A DNA stretch of 64,000 nucleotides. Origin: Camelus ferus (lineage: Eukaryota). Position 1 is the first letter of the stretch. Every line of letters starts with the position of its first letter. The position numbers were made by a program, and so were the translations under genes. A model generated the notes under the pieces. That model had not been told where the DNA came from. It ran no database searches and saw only the letters and a program-made list of their open reading frames with translations. The stretch spans positions 71,054,001 to 71,118,000 of the forward strand of contig NC_045697.1 of NCBI RefSeq assembly GCF_009834535.1, read 5' to 3'. This document shows, in pieces, positions 1 through 14,560 of the stretch.

Positions 1-2042
1 AAAAAGACTACATAAACAGAGCAATATGAGTTACCACTCATAACCAGGCTGATTATCCTATTTATCTACAATATTCTATTATGGTTCTATAAACCCATTT
101 TGCCTGGACTAAGTGATTTGCTTTTCAAAGGATGTCTGGTTAAATCTATGGGTTTTACGAACTGAAATTGTTTCTATTTTAGAATTTTATTTATTACCAA
201 TCTCTTCTGGTGTCTGTAGGTCAAAGATTATTGTCCCAGCAGGGTAACATTTAATCAATCAGTAGTGAAACCTCTGAAAGATCTTTGGAAATAAACCAAC
301 AACCCAGTGACTTTTCTTCCACTGAAACAAATGTAGGACTCTAGTCCTCAAATAATCAAAAAAATACAAGAGATTCTGTTCTTTTCCATCAAGGCGAAAA
401 GGTAGCTCATGAATTCTATATGAGAGCCTTCAGGAATATCAGTTTAGAAGAATTCCTAACGTGCCAAAATTTCATCATTCCTTAGTTCTTCTGTGTTACT
501 TATTTCTGGCAGATCAACAAACCTAATTTAGCTGGATTCTAAATGTGCCTCAAATAGTATCTTTAGAGAGAGAAATAGCCACCTTAAATTTCATCATTTT
601 ACAAATATTTTGATACTACTTTTCCAGAAGAAAAACCATCCCCTTAAAAGTCTTTTGAAATGTCCCAGAAGCATTTATTCTGCTTATGGAAGTGAACTTC
701 GCTGGGGGAAAAAAATCAGAACGTGAAAGGTAGTAACAACACTCTTAATCTTAGTATCTTGACTTTGTAAAACTGTGGTCAACAATGCCTACTTGACAAC
801 AAATAGAAACAAAGAATCTGGATAACATAATCTCAATTTTCCCCAATGAATCAATCAACTGCTCATTTTAAACAAATATATTTGTTGATTTTAATTGATG
901 CACTGAATCATTTTCAACTAAGCAGATGATTTCAGGTCTCTAGTGGGATTAAAATAAATCTGCTTAACATATTCAGTTAGGACAGTCAGCCAAAAAACAA
1001 TGGTGACACCACTGCCCTGAAAAGTGAAAAAAAAAAAATTATTTGAGGACCTGATTGGCTGGGAATTTCAATCGGTTACTTCAAACATCAGCTACAAGAG
1101 CACTGAGCACACCATACTGAATCAGTCCAGACTTGCTGACTGACTGCTTGAAAAAGCTAATTGTGAAAAAAACTTAGGATCTGCCTCGATTCAGAGTCAT
1201 CACAGGCATGGGCTTACTTTGCAATGCAGGCGTCTAAATTCCCAATTTCAGTACACAAGTTATAAAAAGAAATGTTCCTCCTTTTCAGAATATTTAGAAT
1301 ATGAAGGAATGAGTTTAAACGTTTGAACGCAAAATAACGCCTTTCAGTGAGCCTCCTGGGAAGGGTATCGGACTTCAAATTCTAAAATTAATTATGCCTA
1401 TTTCTCCCCATGCCTATATCCTTAATACAGACTTAATGCACCATCAAGGTGCATATCTGATATTTTCTAGGTTTCAAAATCCTTAAAATCGGTCTATGTT
1501 TTTAAAATTTACCAGATATTACAAAATCATGTCATGCATTTGTTATTTGGAATATGGGCTTTTTTCCCTCATCATTTCAATGTCTGCTTTTGTCCTTTAA
1601 AACTTCACAGGGATCAGGAACGATACTCTTTAAACAAGAGTACAACATGCAGTATCTGTGAAATATTTATGTTTTTTTGTGTAATTCTCATTCACATTGC
1701 CAACCAAGACTGAAAGTGGCTGTGATTTACTCACTTATGGGACAGTGGTAAGAGCAGGAATTGAAAGAAATGAAAAGAGGTGGCCTCACAGTGCTTAAGA
1801 CAGCCAGGTGAAAATCCTACCTGCTGAAGCTAAAAATGGAGGAACTCTGAAGGGGACTTTATGACACATCTGTAGCCACTCATTCCCTAGGACCATGCCA
1901 TATCTGTGTCACCAGAAGGCAACTTTTAGATCTAACTCCTTCAGGGATAGTGCCTGGGAAAAGCGAACCTCCACAGTGGAGCGCATGAGGGAGTTGTGAC
2001 AAAGGCCCGTGCATGTCTCCACAAACCCACAGAACTGCTCAC

Positions 2043-2120
2043 CCTGCATCTTGGGCTTCATGGGCTCGGAGTATGGATAACAAGTTATTGTGCTGTAAGA
2101 ATTCACATACAGCCGGGTAA
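2043..2120 (-). CDS. PPP3CA: PPP3CA coding exon (inferred exon 7), 78 bp
   Basis: ctggcag|T TAC CCG GCT ... GAT GCA GG|gtgagc = (S)[25 protein letters not shown](G). Also visible at the end of the supplied ORF 2039..2239; RAHE motif. Confidence 0.97.
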
Positions 2121-4364
2121 CTGCCAGAGAGAAAAAAGAAAAAGACAGAAGCATCTGTTATGAAATCATGAAGAGCAGTACATTTATCTGTAACATCCAG
2201 ACCCATGTGATTGGTCAAGTATAATAAAACATACGTCATTCATGAAACGAGCCTCTTGGTTCTACAGACAGGTTTTTCCCCCATGGCAGAAAAAGCACCT
2301 ACAGCTGTACTTTTTACATAATCAGAAAGGGCTGGAGGTGTGTGAATTGGGAAAAGAATGCAAGCCTTTATATATAAAGAAAAGTATCTGCTCAGAGAGA
2401 AAATCAGTTTATCAAGTCTACACATAAACACAAAGCGAAAAGGAGCCTTATACATAGCATGAGAACGGAATTTAAAATATAAACCCCAATTTCCTGAAAT
2501 AGAGTGCTATTTGCATTTGGGTGCCTGCTTGAAAGCTTGACAGAGAAGACTGAGTTATGGAGTGGGAGAGAATAGATGCTCTGGGAAACCAAGTTGTCAG
2601 CTTACTTATGGGTCCATCAACTGATTACATCATTCAAAATCTAAACAGAATTATGGCATGCACAAGAGTTTTAAATGTGTATTTTAAATATGACCAGCAG
2701 AACTTTATCTGAAGACTTTTTCTTTATTGTGATTTAATAAAAATATCAAATGCACAATCAAGATAATGAAGTCTGTAAAGAAAGTCTCAAAACCAAAGAT
2801 GGAAAGTTCATTAAAAATGAAATTCAAATTACAAGCTAAACTTGAAAACCCTTTGCAATCACTTTCTCTCTGCTCCAAGAATTTTTAATGAGAAAAATGC
2901 ATGCCATAAAAATGAGTAAAATTTACATAGTTCAAATCAAGGGACAGCAAACCAATTAAATATAAACAAACTTCAGATATTCACTAGAACCTAAACTACA
3001 TACACTATACAAAACAATTCAGCAATTATAAAAATAGGTCCTTGCAGAAATAACAGTATATGTGACTCAAATAATTTATTATAAAAGAGAAGATGAAAAT
3101 AGTTTTTCTACTACAGATTTTGTAAGAATTCCCTGATCAACAGGAAAAAAAACACCATTAAGATGGCATACCATTGTAGAGATATTGATTATAAAAAGGA
3201 TTCAATTCTTTGGCAAAATTCTTTGGATGTGAAATAAAAAATAGCCTTTGTGCATGTGCACACATTTGTGTGTGGGTGTGTGTCTGCATGTATGTGTGTT
3301 CTAGAATATTCCAGCAATTGGCCAGGGAAAGAGAAAGAGGAGACACCCAGGAAGCCTTCACTTCCTAGTGTTCCCAGGTTGTCCCAACAAATAAATCGTC
3401 TAACTAATACACAGTCACGTAACTTACAAACTGGAGATGGCGGCCCAGAGTGTCTACATGGAAATAAGTCCACATGGTACCTAGATCACTGGTTGACCAA
3501 TGTGTGTCTTCAGAGTGTGTGTTCTACTTTGGGAGAAGGCGAGTGTCAGTGTGTCAACAAAAAACCCTTAATTTCAGAGACACTGGTTGGTCTTCAAAAA
3601 ACAGCACATTTGCTTGGTATATATGCAGCTATAAGATGCCCAGCCCAGGGGTGACAGGGTAGGGGTGGCACTCAATAAATGTCCCTTTCCAATCTCTTCA
3701 AGCAGTTTGCTTAGGTTTCTTAAGCCCTCACAATGCTTCTTTAAAAAGACATTTTATTGCCTTGTTGTACCACTGAAGACAGAAATTGTCTAGGTTCCTC
3801 ACTTTTTTCCTTTGGGCAAATGGCTTGGCTGCTCTTTTTTATTTATTTTTTCCTTTGGAAGAACTTATGTTAGTCTTATGAAAACATAATTTTAACATAT
3901 TTTCTTCATGCTAAGAAAGCATGTGAGTCTGAGGAAATCTTTTTGAAAAATATATATCATGTAGATCTTTTTTTTTTTTTTCTTTTTTCATTAATAAGGT
4001 GAAGTTTCTGAGCCCATCTCAGAAGAAGAAAAGAATCTTTCTTCCTCCAGTCTGATCAGCCCAGGCCTCAGCCCGCCATGGGCACCCTTGTCAGGCACGA
4101 TCCATCTGCATGGGTGACCCTGGAATGGTTTTGTTTAATCCTATATCCTGAACATGTCCTGAAACAACACTTGCTTCAAGGATTGCTGAAGGTCCCTGAT
4201 GCGTTTGGCTGTGTGATATTCATTTATTGCTGTGTTTGGGCAAGAAGTTATTTTAGTCTCTGAAAATCTTGTTTTTTTCTATTGGAGAATGATTATTCCT
4301 AATCACTAGAGATGCGTCTTCTGTGGGTAGAAAGGGAGGTGGAAATTTCCACGGAATAGTGGGG

Positions 4365-4565
4365 ATCCTTAGATCTGGGGTCTCATCCTACTTTCTTGTG
4401 TAAACTTTGGAAAATTGCTTATCCTCTTTGAGCCTCAATTACCCCATTTGTAAAAATGCAGACAATATTATTTATTTCATAGATATGAGATAAAAATGAA
4501 ATGAGGTAGCAATTTATGTACATGTCCTAGCCCAGTGCCTGCCCCACAGCAGTAGACAGTTAGCA
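4365..4565 (+). mobile_element. MIR SINE
   Basis: Core TGCTTATCCTCTTTGAGCCTCAATTACCCCATTTGTAAAAATG. Confidence 0.65.
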
Positions 4566-5789
4566 ATTCCGAACCTCTCCCACCACCACGGTGTGGAGGG
4601 AAGGACGGTGAGTTAGCACCCTCAGATTCTAGAAGAAGCTGTTTCATTTATCAGTTGTGACTTGTGTTGGATCTTAAAGGCAATGACTTCTGGGGATTCA
4701 CAGACAGGCGAGGGGTTAGAGTTTCACCAAAATAAGGACAGGAATAGGAAGTAGAACAAGCGTGAACATAGGTAAAGAAAGTAGGAAGGTCAGACATGAT
4801 CAGAATGTCAGATGTCAGAAATGATAGAAAAGCTGGCTTTGCATTAGAGCAAATAGCTATCAGACTCGTTCTGTTGATTCTCTCATTTTTGTTTCTTGCT
4901 ATATTAAACTACATTTTAGACCCAGAAAGAAATCTTGCAGATTTCAGATGCTTTAACCATGGATATTGCCAGCAGGCATTATTAAAATGCTTTTTTTTAT
5001 GCTTTTATGCCTTTGCATATACTTTCCCTGAGTTTGTTTTTCCCTTCTGCAAAGGCCCTCTCTTCTGCCAAGTCTTTGCCAAATGATCACTTGTGAACCC
5101 TTCCCTTCAAACCTACTTCACCCTGTGGTGTACAAAACTGCTGCATCTACCACATTCCTGCAACATATGAATCTAATACATCACTTGTCACGCTGTAGTG
5201 TAATTTATGTTTATACATCTGCTCTCCAGTAATAGCGAATGCCTTCAGAGACAGATTCTGTTTTATTTGTCTTCATATCCTAAATGCTCAGCAGCAATTT
5301 GTCAGCTTATTGGAGCTCACATGCAATTACTGGAGTAGCCTCAAAAGGGGCAGCTAAGCAGAGGAGAGATGCAAACGGTTTCTCTCCCTCACCGGCTTCA
5401 GCCAAGCAGAGGCGGGCAACCTGCAATCCCTCTGCCAAGGGACCGAAGAAAGCCTCCACCTGCCTCCACAGTGCGTCGTGGACTCTCAGCCCAGTTAAGG
5501 AGGACTTGGTCCAAATGCCCAGCTCCTCCTCTGCTTCCTGGGAGCTGGCAAATGGGTACTCAGCCCTGGACTATCCTGGCGCTGCCTGGATGCTGTCAGG
5601 CCGATCTTTCTCTAGGACTCGCTGTGTTTTTTTTGCTCAAGGGCTCTCCAACTAATTTCATTTTGCCCACCTGGGATCAAGTCTGGAAGGGCTCCAACTC
5701 TTCCTGCCAGAACTTCACCGGAGCTTAAGCCCTCACTCAGACGTGGCTGCCAGCTGCCTCAGGAGCAGGGAGCCTTTTTTATTCAAGGC

Positions 5790-6378
5790 AAACTTTTCTT
5801 TGAAGGATAACATTTTTACAGAAAACTGCACAAATGGGGAAGATTACAAATTGACACACAAAACTGCCCAAATCAGATTACAAGTGAACACCCTTGTAAC
5901 TAGCACTCAGAACAAGACAAAGAACATGATCTGAGCCCCGGGAACTCCTTCTATCTCCTTTGAGTCATCATCACCTCCTCACTAAGGGTAACCAGCATCC
6001 TGGCTTTTACTGTTATACGTTAGCTTTCTCTAGCGCTGTACTCGTGTTTCAGTGGAATCACCCAGTGTGCACTCCTTAGTGTCTGGTTTCTTCCACTCAC
6101 CATTTTATGTGTGACATCCACCCATGTTGTTATGTGCAGTTTTGGTTAACTCATTCTCATTGGCTGTAGTTAGTTGTAATAAATATACTACAATTTTTTA
6201 TTCATTCTACTAAATGGACATTTGGGTTGTTTCTATTTCTTGGTTATTATGCGTACCACTTCCATGAACAATCTTGTCTGTCTATTGGTACACTTAGGTA
6301 CACACTTCTAGTGGAAATAAAAATAGGAGTAGAAAAGCTTAGCTAAATATAAATGTTTAGCTTTATTGTATACCAAAG
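5790..6378 (-). mobile_element. Old L1M (L1ME/L1MD-like) 3' region
   Basis: Contains GTCTGGTTTCTTCCACTCA, CATCCACCCATGTTGTT and ATGGACATTTGGGTTGTTTC, characteristic of antisense L1M 3' ends. Confidence 0.7.
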
Positions 6379-6899
6379 CAGCCACCTGTGATCTGGGATT
6401 AGAGGCAGAATGAGACCACTGGCGTGGTCATCTTTCTAGAATTCCTAGAGTGTTATCTTCCTCATATTTTCTCACAAACACCACTTTTCCTGCCTACAAG
6501 AGCCTTCCCCATTGACTCTGGTTGGATATGTTCTACTCATTCTTTAAAGCTTAGGTCAAACAACATTTCCACAGTGAGTAGTCCCTTCAACCACATTCAT
6601 CCTTGTTTGTATGTATGTATGTATGTGTGTATGACAACCTCCACATTTATCAAACTACTCACCTTGCATTTTATTTGTCAGTTTCTGCTTCTCAGTCTCT
6701 AGCACTAGATTGTCATTTTCTCAAAGGCAGGGACTTTGAGTATACATATAAAAAACCTCACAGAAGGCATATATAGTAGGTGCTCAACTAATATTTGTTA
6801 AATAATTGAACAAGTGAATGAATTCTCAAAAGGATACCCATGAATGGAACAGTATGAATTGAAGGGAGGGGACGGGTAGGATGTGAAGTTAGGTATGGT

Positions 6900-7600
6900 T
6901 TCAACAAACTGAAAATGTAGGTCTTGAACTCAGAGTAGGAGGGAGGGAAGGCAGGATTGTCTAGATGCTGGGGAGACTTTAAAGAAAGGATCCATGACAT
7001 ACAATGGCTGATTGGTGGTGACATCAATGCACGAAGAAAAAGCAAACATATTTGCCAGTTGGCATGACTGGGAGAATGAACAGAATAGAAACAGAAAAAA
7101 CCAGGAGGAATCCCCAGTGGGAAATTAAGCAAGTGGGAAGATAAATAATAAAACTTTTTAGGCAAGATGCATTCAGGTTAAGGTGACAACAGAACATCTA
7201 AAATAAAAAAAAAAAATCTAGCAGAAAGCTAGAAATAGAGAATTCAAGCTCAGGAAAGATAAAGGGTTAAAAGGAGCTAGACATAGATCTGGTCATCTAA
7301 CCACAGAGCTCACAGTTTACAGTGAAGCTACAGCAATAGATAAGGTAGCTGGGGAAAGTGTGAAGAAAAAAATGCCAAAAGCAGGAGGAAGACAAAGAAG
7401 GAGGCGGAGGAAGAGGCAGGGATCTTCCTGGTAAGTTAGAGGAGAGTCAGGATATGTGCAAAAGGAGGAACCAGAGGATTTCAAGGTGGAAGGAGCTGAC
7501 AAGAGTGTCAACTGCAGAAGAGGCGTTGGGCAGCTTGTGAAGAGAAGAAAGGCTACTGATCTGTGATTAAGAGACCGGTAGTGATTTGAGTGAGCTGCAA
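6900..7600 (-). mobile_element. L2 relic
   Basis: Purine-rich L2-like segments (AGCTAGAAATAGAGAATTCAAGCTCAGGAAAGA.., GATTTCAAGGTGGAAGGAGCTGACAAGAGTGTCAACTGC). Confidence 0.5.
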
Positions 7601-10253
7601 TCTGCAGCTCCAAAAACACATTTTTAAATGATCATCAAGATGGCCTTCAAATCTCAGAGCTTAGAGGAACTTTAGAATGGTTAATTTAACTCACTCCTTT
7701 TGAAGCAAGCCATTCCTAGAACACAGAGCTTACAGGATGGTGCATCTAAGGCAAACAACCCAAAGCACCAAATCCAGCCAAAAGTTTCATTTGGTGTACC
7801 TGAAGATGAAAATTTTACCTCTGATTTATCAGGATCCTCACTAATCTTTACAATCTAACTCCTGGCGGCTTCAAGACTCTCCATTCCTTGCCTGACATTA
7901 TAGGCATTCAAGTATGCAAACACTGGTCTAAGGTTCTAAAGATAATGGTAGCATTGGGGCAAAAGCAGAATTCTTACGGATTCTTTCCTCTCCGTCACAT
8001 TGACTATCTTCTATAACTCACGAACAGCATTAGTAAATCCTTACAGATGCATTTCTCTATATAACTTCATTTCAGTTGAATGACGGCCCAGACACTGTGT
8101 TAGATCATGGGTAGGATGACAGAACAAATTAAATATACAAACTCTATAGAGACATGCAAAGTAAAACTGGGAGTTGTGGATCAAAATTACTGCCAATTAC
8201 TCAAACAGGTCACCGTCACCAAGTTTCTCTACCAATTCTATTGTTTCTCTGTGCCCCTCTACACCAGTTTTACAAACTGTGACCACGGAGGATGCCTTGA
8301 CACCTTCAAGATGGCACTAAAGACAAAAGAATCAAAAAACTCTTGAGAGAATGTGTGAGCCATTTTTCTCTTCCTCAGATAAAACATAACCCAAACTGCT
8401 TTCCCATGAGTCAGAGAACATGGGCTGTGGATTTTGATAGTCAGCATTTGTCATGGTTAAAAATCATTATCTCTTAAGAACCTCTGATGAGAGGAGTTGG
8501 ATAATCATTTTGTTGAGAACAAAAGTATGAAAACATGCATAGTCCTCTAATTATCTAGTTGATGGGTTTTATCTCTGATGTAAACACATCTGTGTGTACA
8601 GTCACAAAAGAAAAATATCATAACTTTGCATAAGTTCAGTACAGGACTTTATTTAGAATACGATTTATTGGAATAGCTGACTGAGAAAGCCAATAGAAGA
8701 ATGTTATACTATGATTTAAAGAAAGATGAATGCAATATGGCTCAATATCAAAATCAAGAGGTTTGTATTTTGTTTGACATTGTATTATTGAAGCACAACT
8801 CAGCAGGTATCAAATAGGTAATTTAAATTTTCATGGTATAATTAGAGATTTAATGCCAGATCTGAAAAATTGAACACTTTGCTTTGATATTTTTCAACAA
8901 TATGACCTCTCACTAGAAGTTTGAACATTAATGAAAGATTACTCCACAATTAACTAATTGCTAAAAAGAAACCTTAGGCTTTTCAGAAGTACTAGCCTCT
9001 GCCTCTTCATTTCGGCCCAAAGTTCCAAAACATAGAAATGAACTGTAAGCTGTCTGATAAATAAGCTTGGAACAAACCTTCTTAATATTTAAAACAAAAA
9101 CTATTCTTTGAAAGATCCTTTACAGTGTACAAGACTTTCTGTTCACAAACTTCAGTTTCTCAATCACATCAACAGATGAGTAAAAGGAAACTTTTTTCCC
9201 CATAAAAGAAACAATATATAGAACAAAATTTTCCACTGCTGAACAAACTCTGATCAATGCTGTGCAGAAGGATGGTATCTGTTACTCTAGAGACAGAAGA
9301 TATGTGGTTGGATGTATTTTACAGAGTTCTTCCAGCCAGGCCAGTAGTTTAGCTGCTGGGGCAGGAATTGAGTGCAAATTTCAGTGAACACCAAGTTTGA
9401 TTTTGAAGTTAAAAAAAAAAAGACTGTGTATTCTAGCATTTAAAATTCTCCATGTCTCTATAATCAATTTCACCCTTTCACTCTGGCTACTTTCACATAA
9501 AACTGTATGTCTAATAAGGGAACTTATGTAAAACTGGGTAATGAAATGCAGTAGGCTAAAACTGAGGTAGCTAAGATGTCAGGAAAATCGGTAGGCCATG
9601 CAAAAACCCAACTGTGTTGTGGATGTCTTTCTGAAGAGCTCTGAAATATTACAGGGTGAGCAAATCTCCATACATTTGCAAATATAAACATTACTAAAAA
9701 TTTTGTTCAACGTGGCTTGTCAAAATGCTAAAAATACACCTATATACTGAGTTACTGCTAATTTTAATTTCTTCAGGAAGTCTAATGAACTCAAGAACAT
9801 TTAAGAATAACTTGAAAATAATTAACCAATTTAAAAGTGCTTTTCTGATTTAAGTTATGAAAACTGGTTTAAAAAAAATTTCAGGGATTACATAATGGAA
9901 TGAAAAATCAAGGTTGTCAGTGCATATTTTTTAGCTACAGTTCTTGAAACAGAACAAATCTTCTACTAAACCGTACTATCTTCTTTGGCTGTCTTGTCAT
10001 CCTGAAGTCACTTACTTCTTTTATACCTTTCCTATTCTTCACAGATATTATATCTCTAGGTTTATATAGATACCTTCATTTATTTACCTATTTATTTATA
10101 TTTATATTTTCCAAAAGATAAAAACCCATTTGAACTAGGCTTTCAAAGTGAACCTTTCAATTTCACTTGTTTCCTGGCAGAGTTACACACACACATACAG
10201 AAGTCAGGCACATGGACTGATCAATTGCAGCGGCTGTGAGAGCCCCATCCTCA

Positions 10254-10394
<141 letters not shown>

Positions 10395-13193
10395 CTAAGA
10401 AAAATAGAAGACAGAGAGCAAAATACTAATCTTTGGAAACTTGGAATTCAGAAAAACAGAAGAAACCAGCATTTTGCAATTCTCCCCTCCGCTCCCCAGC
10501 CACAGGGTACTGTGAACTGCCCCCTACCTTCTCTCTCCTGTTCTGCTTTCCTTCCTCCCCCTTCTACTCTTTACCTCTCTCTCGAAATTTCCTTCCCTCT
10601 TCCTCTGGATGCTCATTTACTACTTGCCTTCATCTCATCCTTTACTTCTCTCTTGCCTTTGTAGTTCCTACTCTTTCCTCCTTTCTCCTGGTTTCCACTC
10701 CGTCTTTCTCTCCTTCTTACTTATTTTATCCACTCAAGGTTTCAGTTACCGGTTGATGTGACTCTACCTGTGTTTCATATCTTAAGGAGAAGCTTTTATT
10801 TTAGTTTATCTTTGGGGAAATTTCTGTTACTACCTTGGTTAAACTGTGATTAGAAATCAGGATGGGGAACAAATTATGGTGTTTATCTCTAACAATAAAA
10901 TTTTGACAACAGACGGGTTTCATTTTAAGAGTAGCTGCTTACTGTATGACATTTTGGATATTTATTCATTAGGAGCTACACAGGTTTCTAATTAGAGTCT
11001 AAACCGACTGTAGTTTACCTTACTGGGTGCAAACCAAGAGTAGTAACAAGCAGTAAAGTAGCCCCGAATTTAGCTGCTCATTCTTCAGCTCACAGTTCTA
11101 AGTTTTATACTTTTACCTGAAGTCCTCATATGAAATCCATTTTCCAATTTTCTAGCTATAAACATTTAGCAAAGCCATATTTCAATTTAAAATGGTGCAT
11201 TTAGAAGCTATGAGAATATAATAGCTGGAAATGACATTTCACCAACAATTTTATAGCACTGTCACTTTTCTTTGGTTTATCCTGATTTACCTGCAATTAA
11301 AGGGTCTTTGGTGAAGCTAGCAGATATTATGGAATCCTTGGAAAAAAGCATAAAACAGCTATGAAAACCCATTGAGAACTGATATTCTACATATTCAATG
11401 CTTTAATATTTAAAAAAAACCCATCAGGACAGGTGAATATAGAATGCTGACAGCCCATCAAATTCTCTTTTTGAGACATAAAAGGCAATATAAATAATGG
11501 CCTTGCTACATATCTTTTTTTTTAACTAATTCTAAAAAGAATGAAGCAATATTTCATGTTTTCAACATCCAATGAAAAACTTCAATAAGACAAAACCCTC
11601 TATATTTCAACCATTATGCTATCCATAAAATATTCATTGCAAACTAAGACTTGTTTAAGAGATTTAAATAATTTATGCTTCTGGAACAATTCATACAAGA
11701 AAAATAATGCTTATCCATAAAAATACAGAATTTTTTTCTGAGAAACAAGAACTTATTATTAGGAACAGAAGAGAAGAGGAGGGGAGACTTTCTGATTAAT
11801 GTGAATTCCCAGCTAGAGCTTTGGTAAAGCAACCTGAATATAGAATTTATTCTGGAAAAGTTATAAAGTGCTTCCTAAAGTTAATACCATCTACAGTAAA
11901 AACAAACAATGATAAAATTAATTAAATAAAGTAAGGTTGGTGGAAACTCTAATAGAAATATGGCAAAATGCAAACCTAGAAATTATTTTATGGCTGAGTC
12001 CAGAGCTTAATGACGAATATGAAAATTGAACCTATTATATGAAACATGCCAGAAACTAAGTCCTGGACATAGAAGGGGATATTTTTAAAATCTACTTAAT
12101 TTATGGTAAGTCGTCTACTTATTTATTTCAGGGGTCCATCGGGTTGTAGAAGAATAAACTGGGTATAAGCCATGCAGAAAGCAAACCACTCTGGACCTGA
12201 ACTCCACGACTACCTTTCAGTGTCATGTCTCTACAGCACTTTAAACACCAATGCTCTGTGTGCTACAGAACACCAGAAGCAGGTGTGTAATGGCGTCTTA
12301 TTAAAAAGGACACCAGCAGACAGAGGAGAAAACACAAGTTTATTTAATGTACTTTTGTTTAATTTTAAAAAATAAAAACCATGTACTTCCTTTCTAATAG
12401 GAACGTAAATACAATATTATTTTTACACTTAAACACTTGAACCTTAATGATAGAGTATTAAGGTAGATTCAATGTTTCGCTTCCCTACATACAGTTTTTC
12501 TTTAAAAACCAGTTAACTTTTAAAAGAATATTGAGCATAACCAAAGAAATAGAACATTGTCTCTTCCACTGCATGAAACTAACCCATATTACATTTTCTC
12601 AGGAAAGAGATATTTCCACATTCAATCTAACATCTTTTTGCTGGTCAAAACAACAGAAATAGCTGATACTAAGTTAAGTAGGAAAACGCCTCTTTAGAAA
12701 AATCAACTGTTTTTCACTTAGCCACTCAATACAACCAATAGAATATCATCATTGCCTTTGTTAGATTTACCTTAAAATTTCAAGCTGTAAAAATAGTAGA
12801 TTTAAAAAAAATGATACTATGGACATGTTTTAAAGGTTAAGTTGTGATATTTCCCCAAGAGGAAAGCAGTGTTTTTTAACTGTAATATACCATGTTAACA
12901 TAGTAGGTTGTTTGAAACAAGCCAAAGGGAAATGAAAAGGCATATATAGTATTTAGTCATCAAATATTTTACATTTCTAATGACACATGTTCCATGGTGA
13001 AATGAACCTTGAGGCTTCAGAGATGAAACCTATTCCAAGTGCTAATATATATTGCTTTCTAGATTAATAAAAAAAAGTATACAAAGAAAAGATTCATGAC
13101 CACTTTAAATCACTGATTTAAAAGGATAAAGTTATTAATAAAGGAAAGGAAATTAATGTCTTCTATTTATTAATGAAGTACACAAAATTATTA

Positions 13194-13421
<228 letters not shown>

Positions 13422-14380
13422 TCATTAAAATAGCCTTTTCCTTTTTAATGTTTTCTTCCCGGAATCATATTATTAGCATATAACTACACATACAAAATTC
13501 CAAAACACAAGAAGACTTTTTAAAGTTATATATTAGCCTTTATATCTACTGTTTTTAATTTTTTTGGTTCATCCATATTTAAGGTTTTTAGTAACTTTTT
13601 GTGTAACGGAGGCAAGAACTTTTGTATACATGCATCTCCGCTATTTATCTGCAGATGTATATCAAAAAGAAAAAAATACACAACTAGGAGACCAGCAAGA
13701 AGAAGAACATAAAATTGGCTGATTCTCCTGAATGTTCTTAGAGAAAAGCAGATGGCAAGAAATTTTCCAAAGTTGTTTCTAAATCACTGCACGTTGCTTT
13801 TCCCTTATTGACTTATATCAAATGTTTTGAGAGAAGTCCCTGTGCTCCTTTGAAACAGAACTAAATGCCAGAGAGAAATTTAAGTTTCCAAGGACAATGA
13901 GGAAAATTAAGACAGGAGGGAAATGAAGTTTATATGAAGTACTCCTCACTCCTAGTACTTTTTGCTAAAGGAAGAAGTCATCTTTAATTCTGTAAAATCC
14001 ATGAGTGGCTGGTAAATCTACTGGATTCAGAAAGAGAAGCACAAAGTTGAATCTGCCTTCCACTGGTTTTTATTGAGTGATTTGAGAATAAAGAGTAGGA
14101 TTATCATGAACAATAGTAATCTGGCTATTTTAAAAATAATTTAGTCACTTATTTCTTGGGACAAATTACATCAAATATCAATTCAAATTTTTATATCACT
14201 TTATAAAGAATTCATCATTTAAAAAGACATTCTGAATTCTCTTAACTGTCTATGTTCAGAAAGAATATGGAATGAGATAATATAGTGTCTTTTTTTGAGT
14301 TTCTGACTTTTAAGCAATGAATCATATTGTAAGACACTCTTAGTAGGGATTAAAATGTCTATTTAGTACATATGGTGTTA

Positions 14381-14560
<180 letters not shown>

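Noticed and set aside
1..2042. Next PPP3CA exon (YRMYRKSQTTGFPSLIT...)
   Set aside because: No matching sequence found; it presumably lies beyond the left edge of the window.
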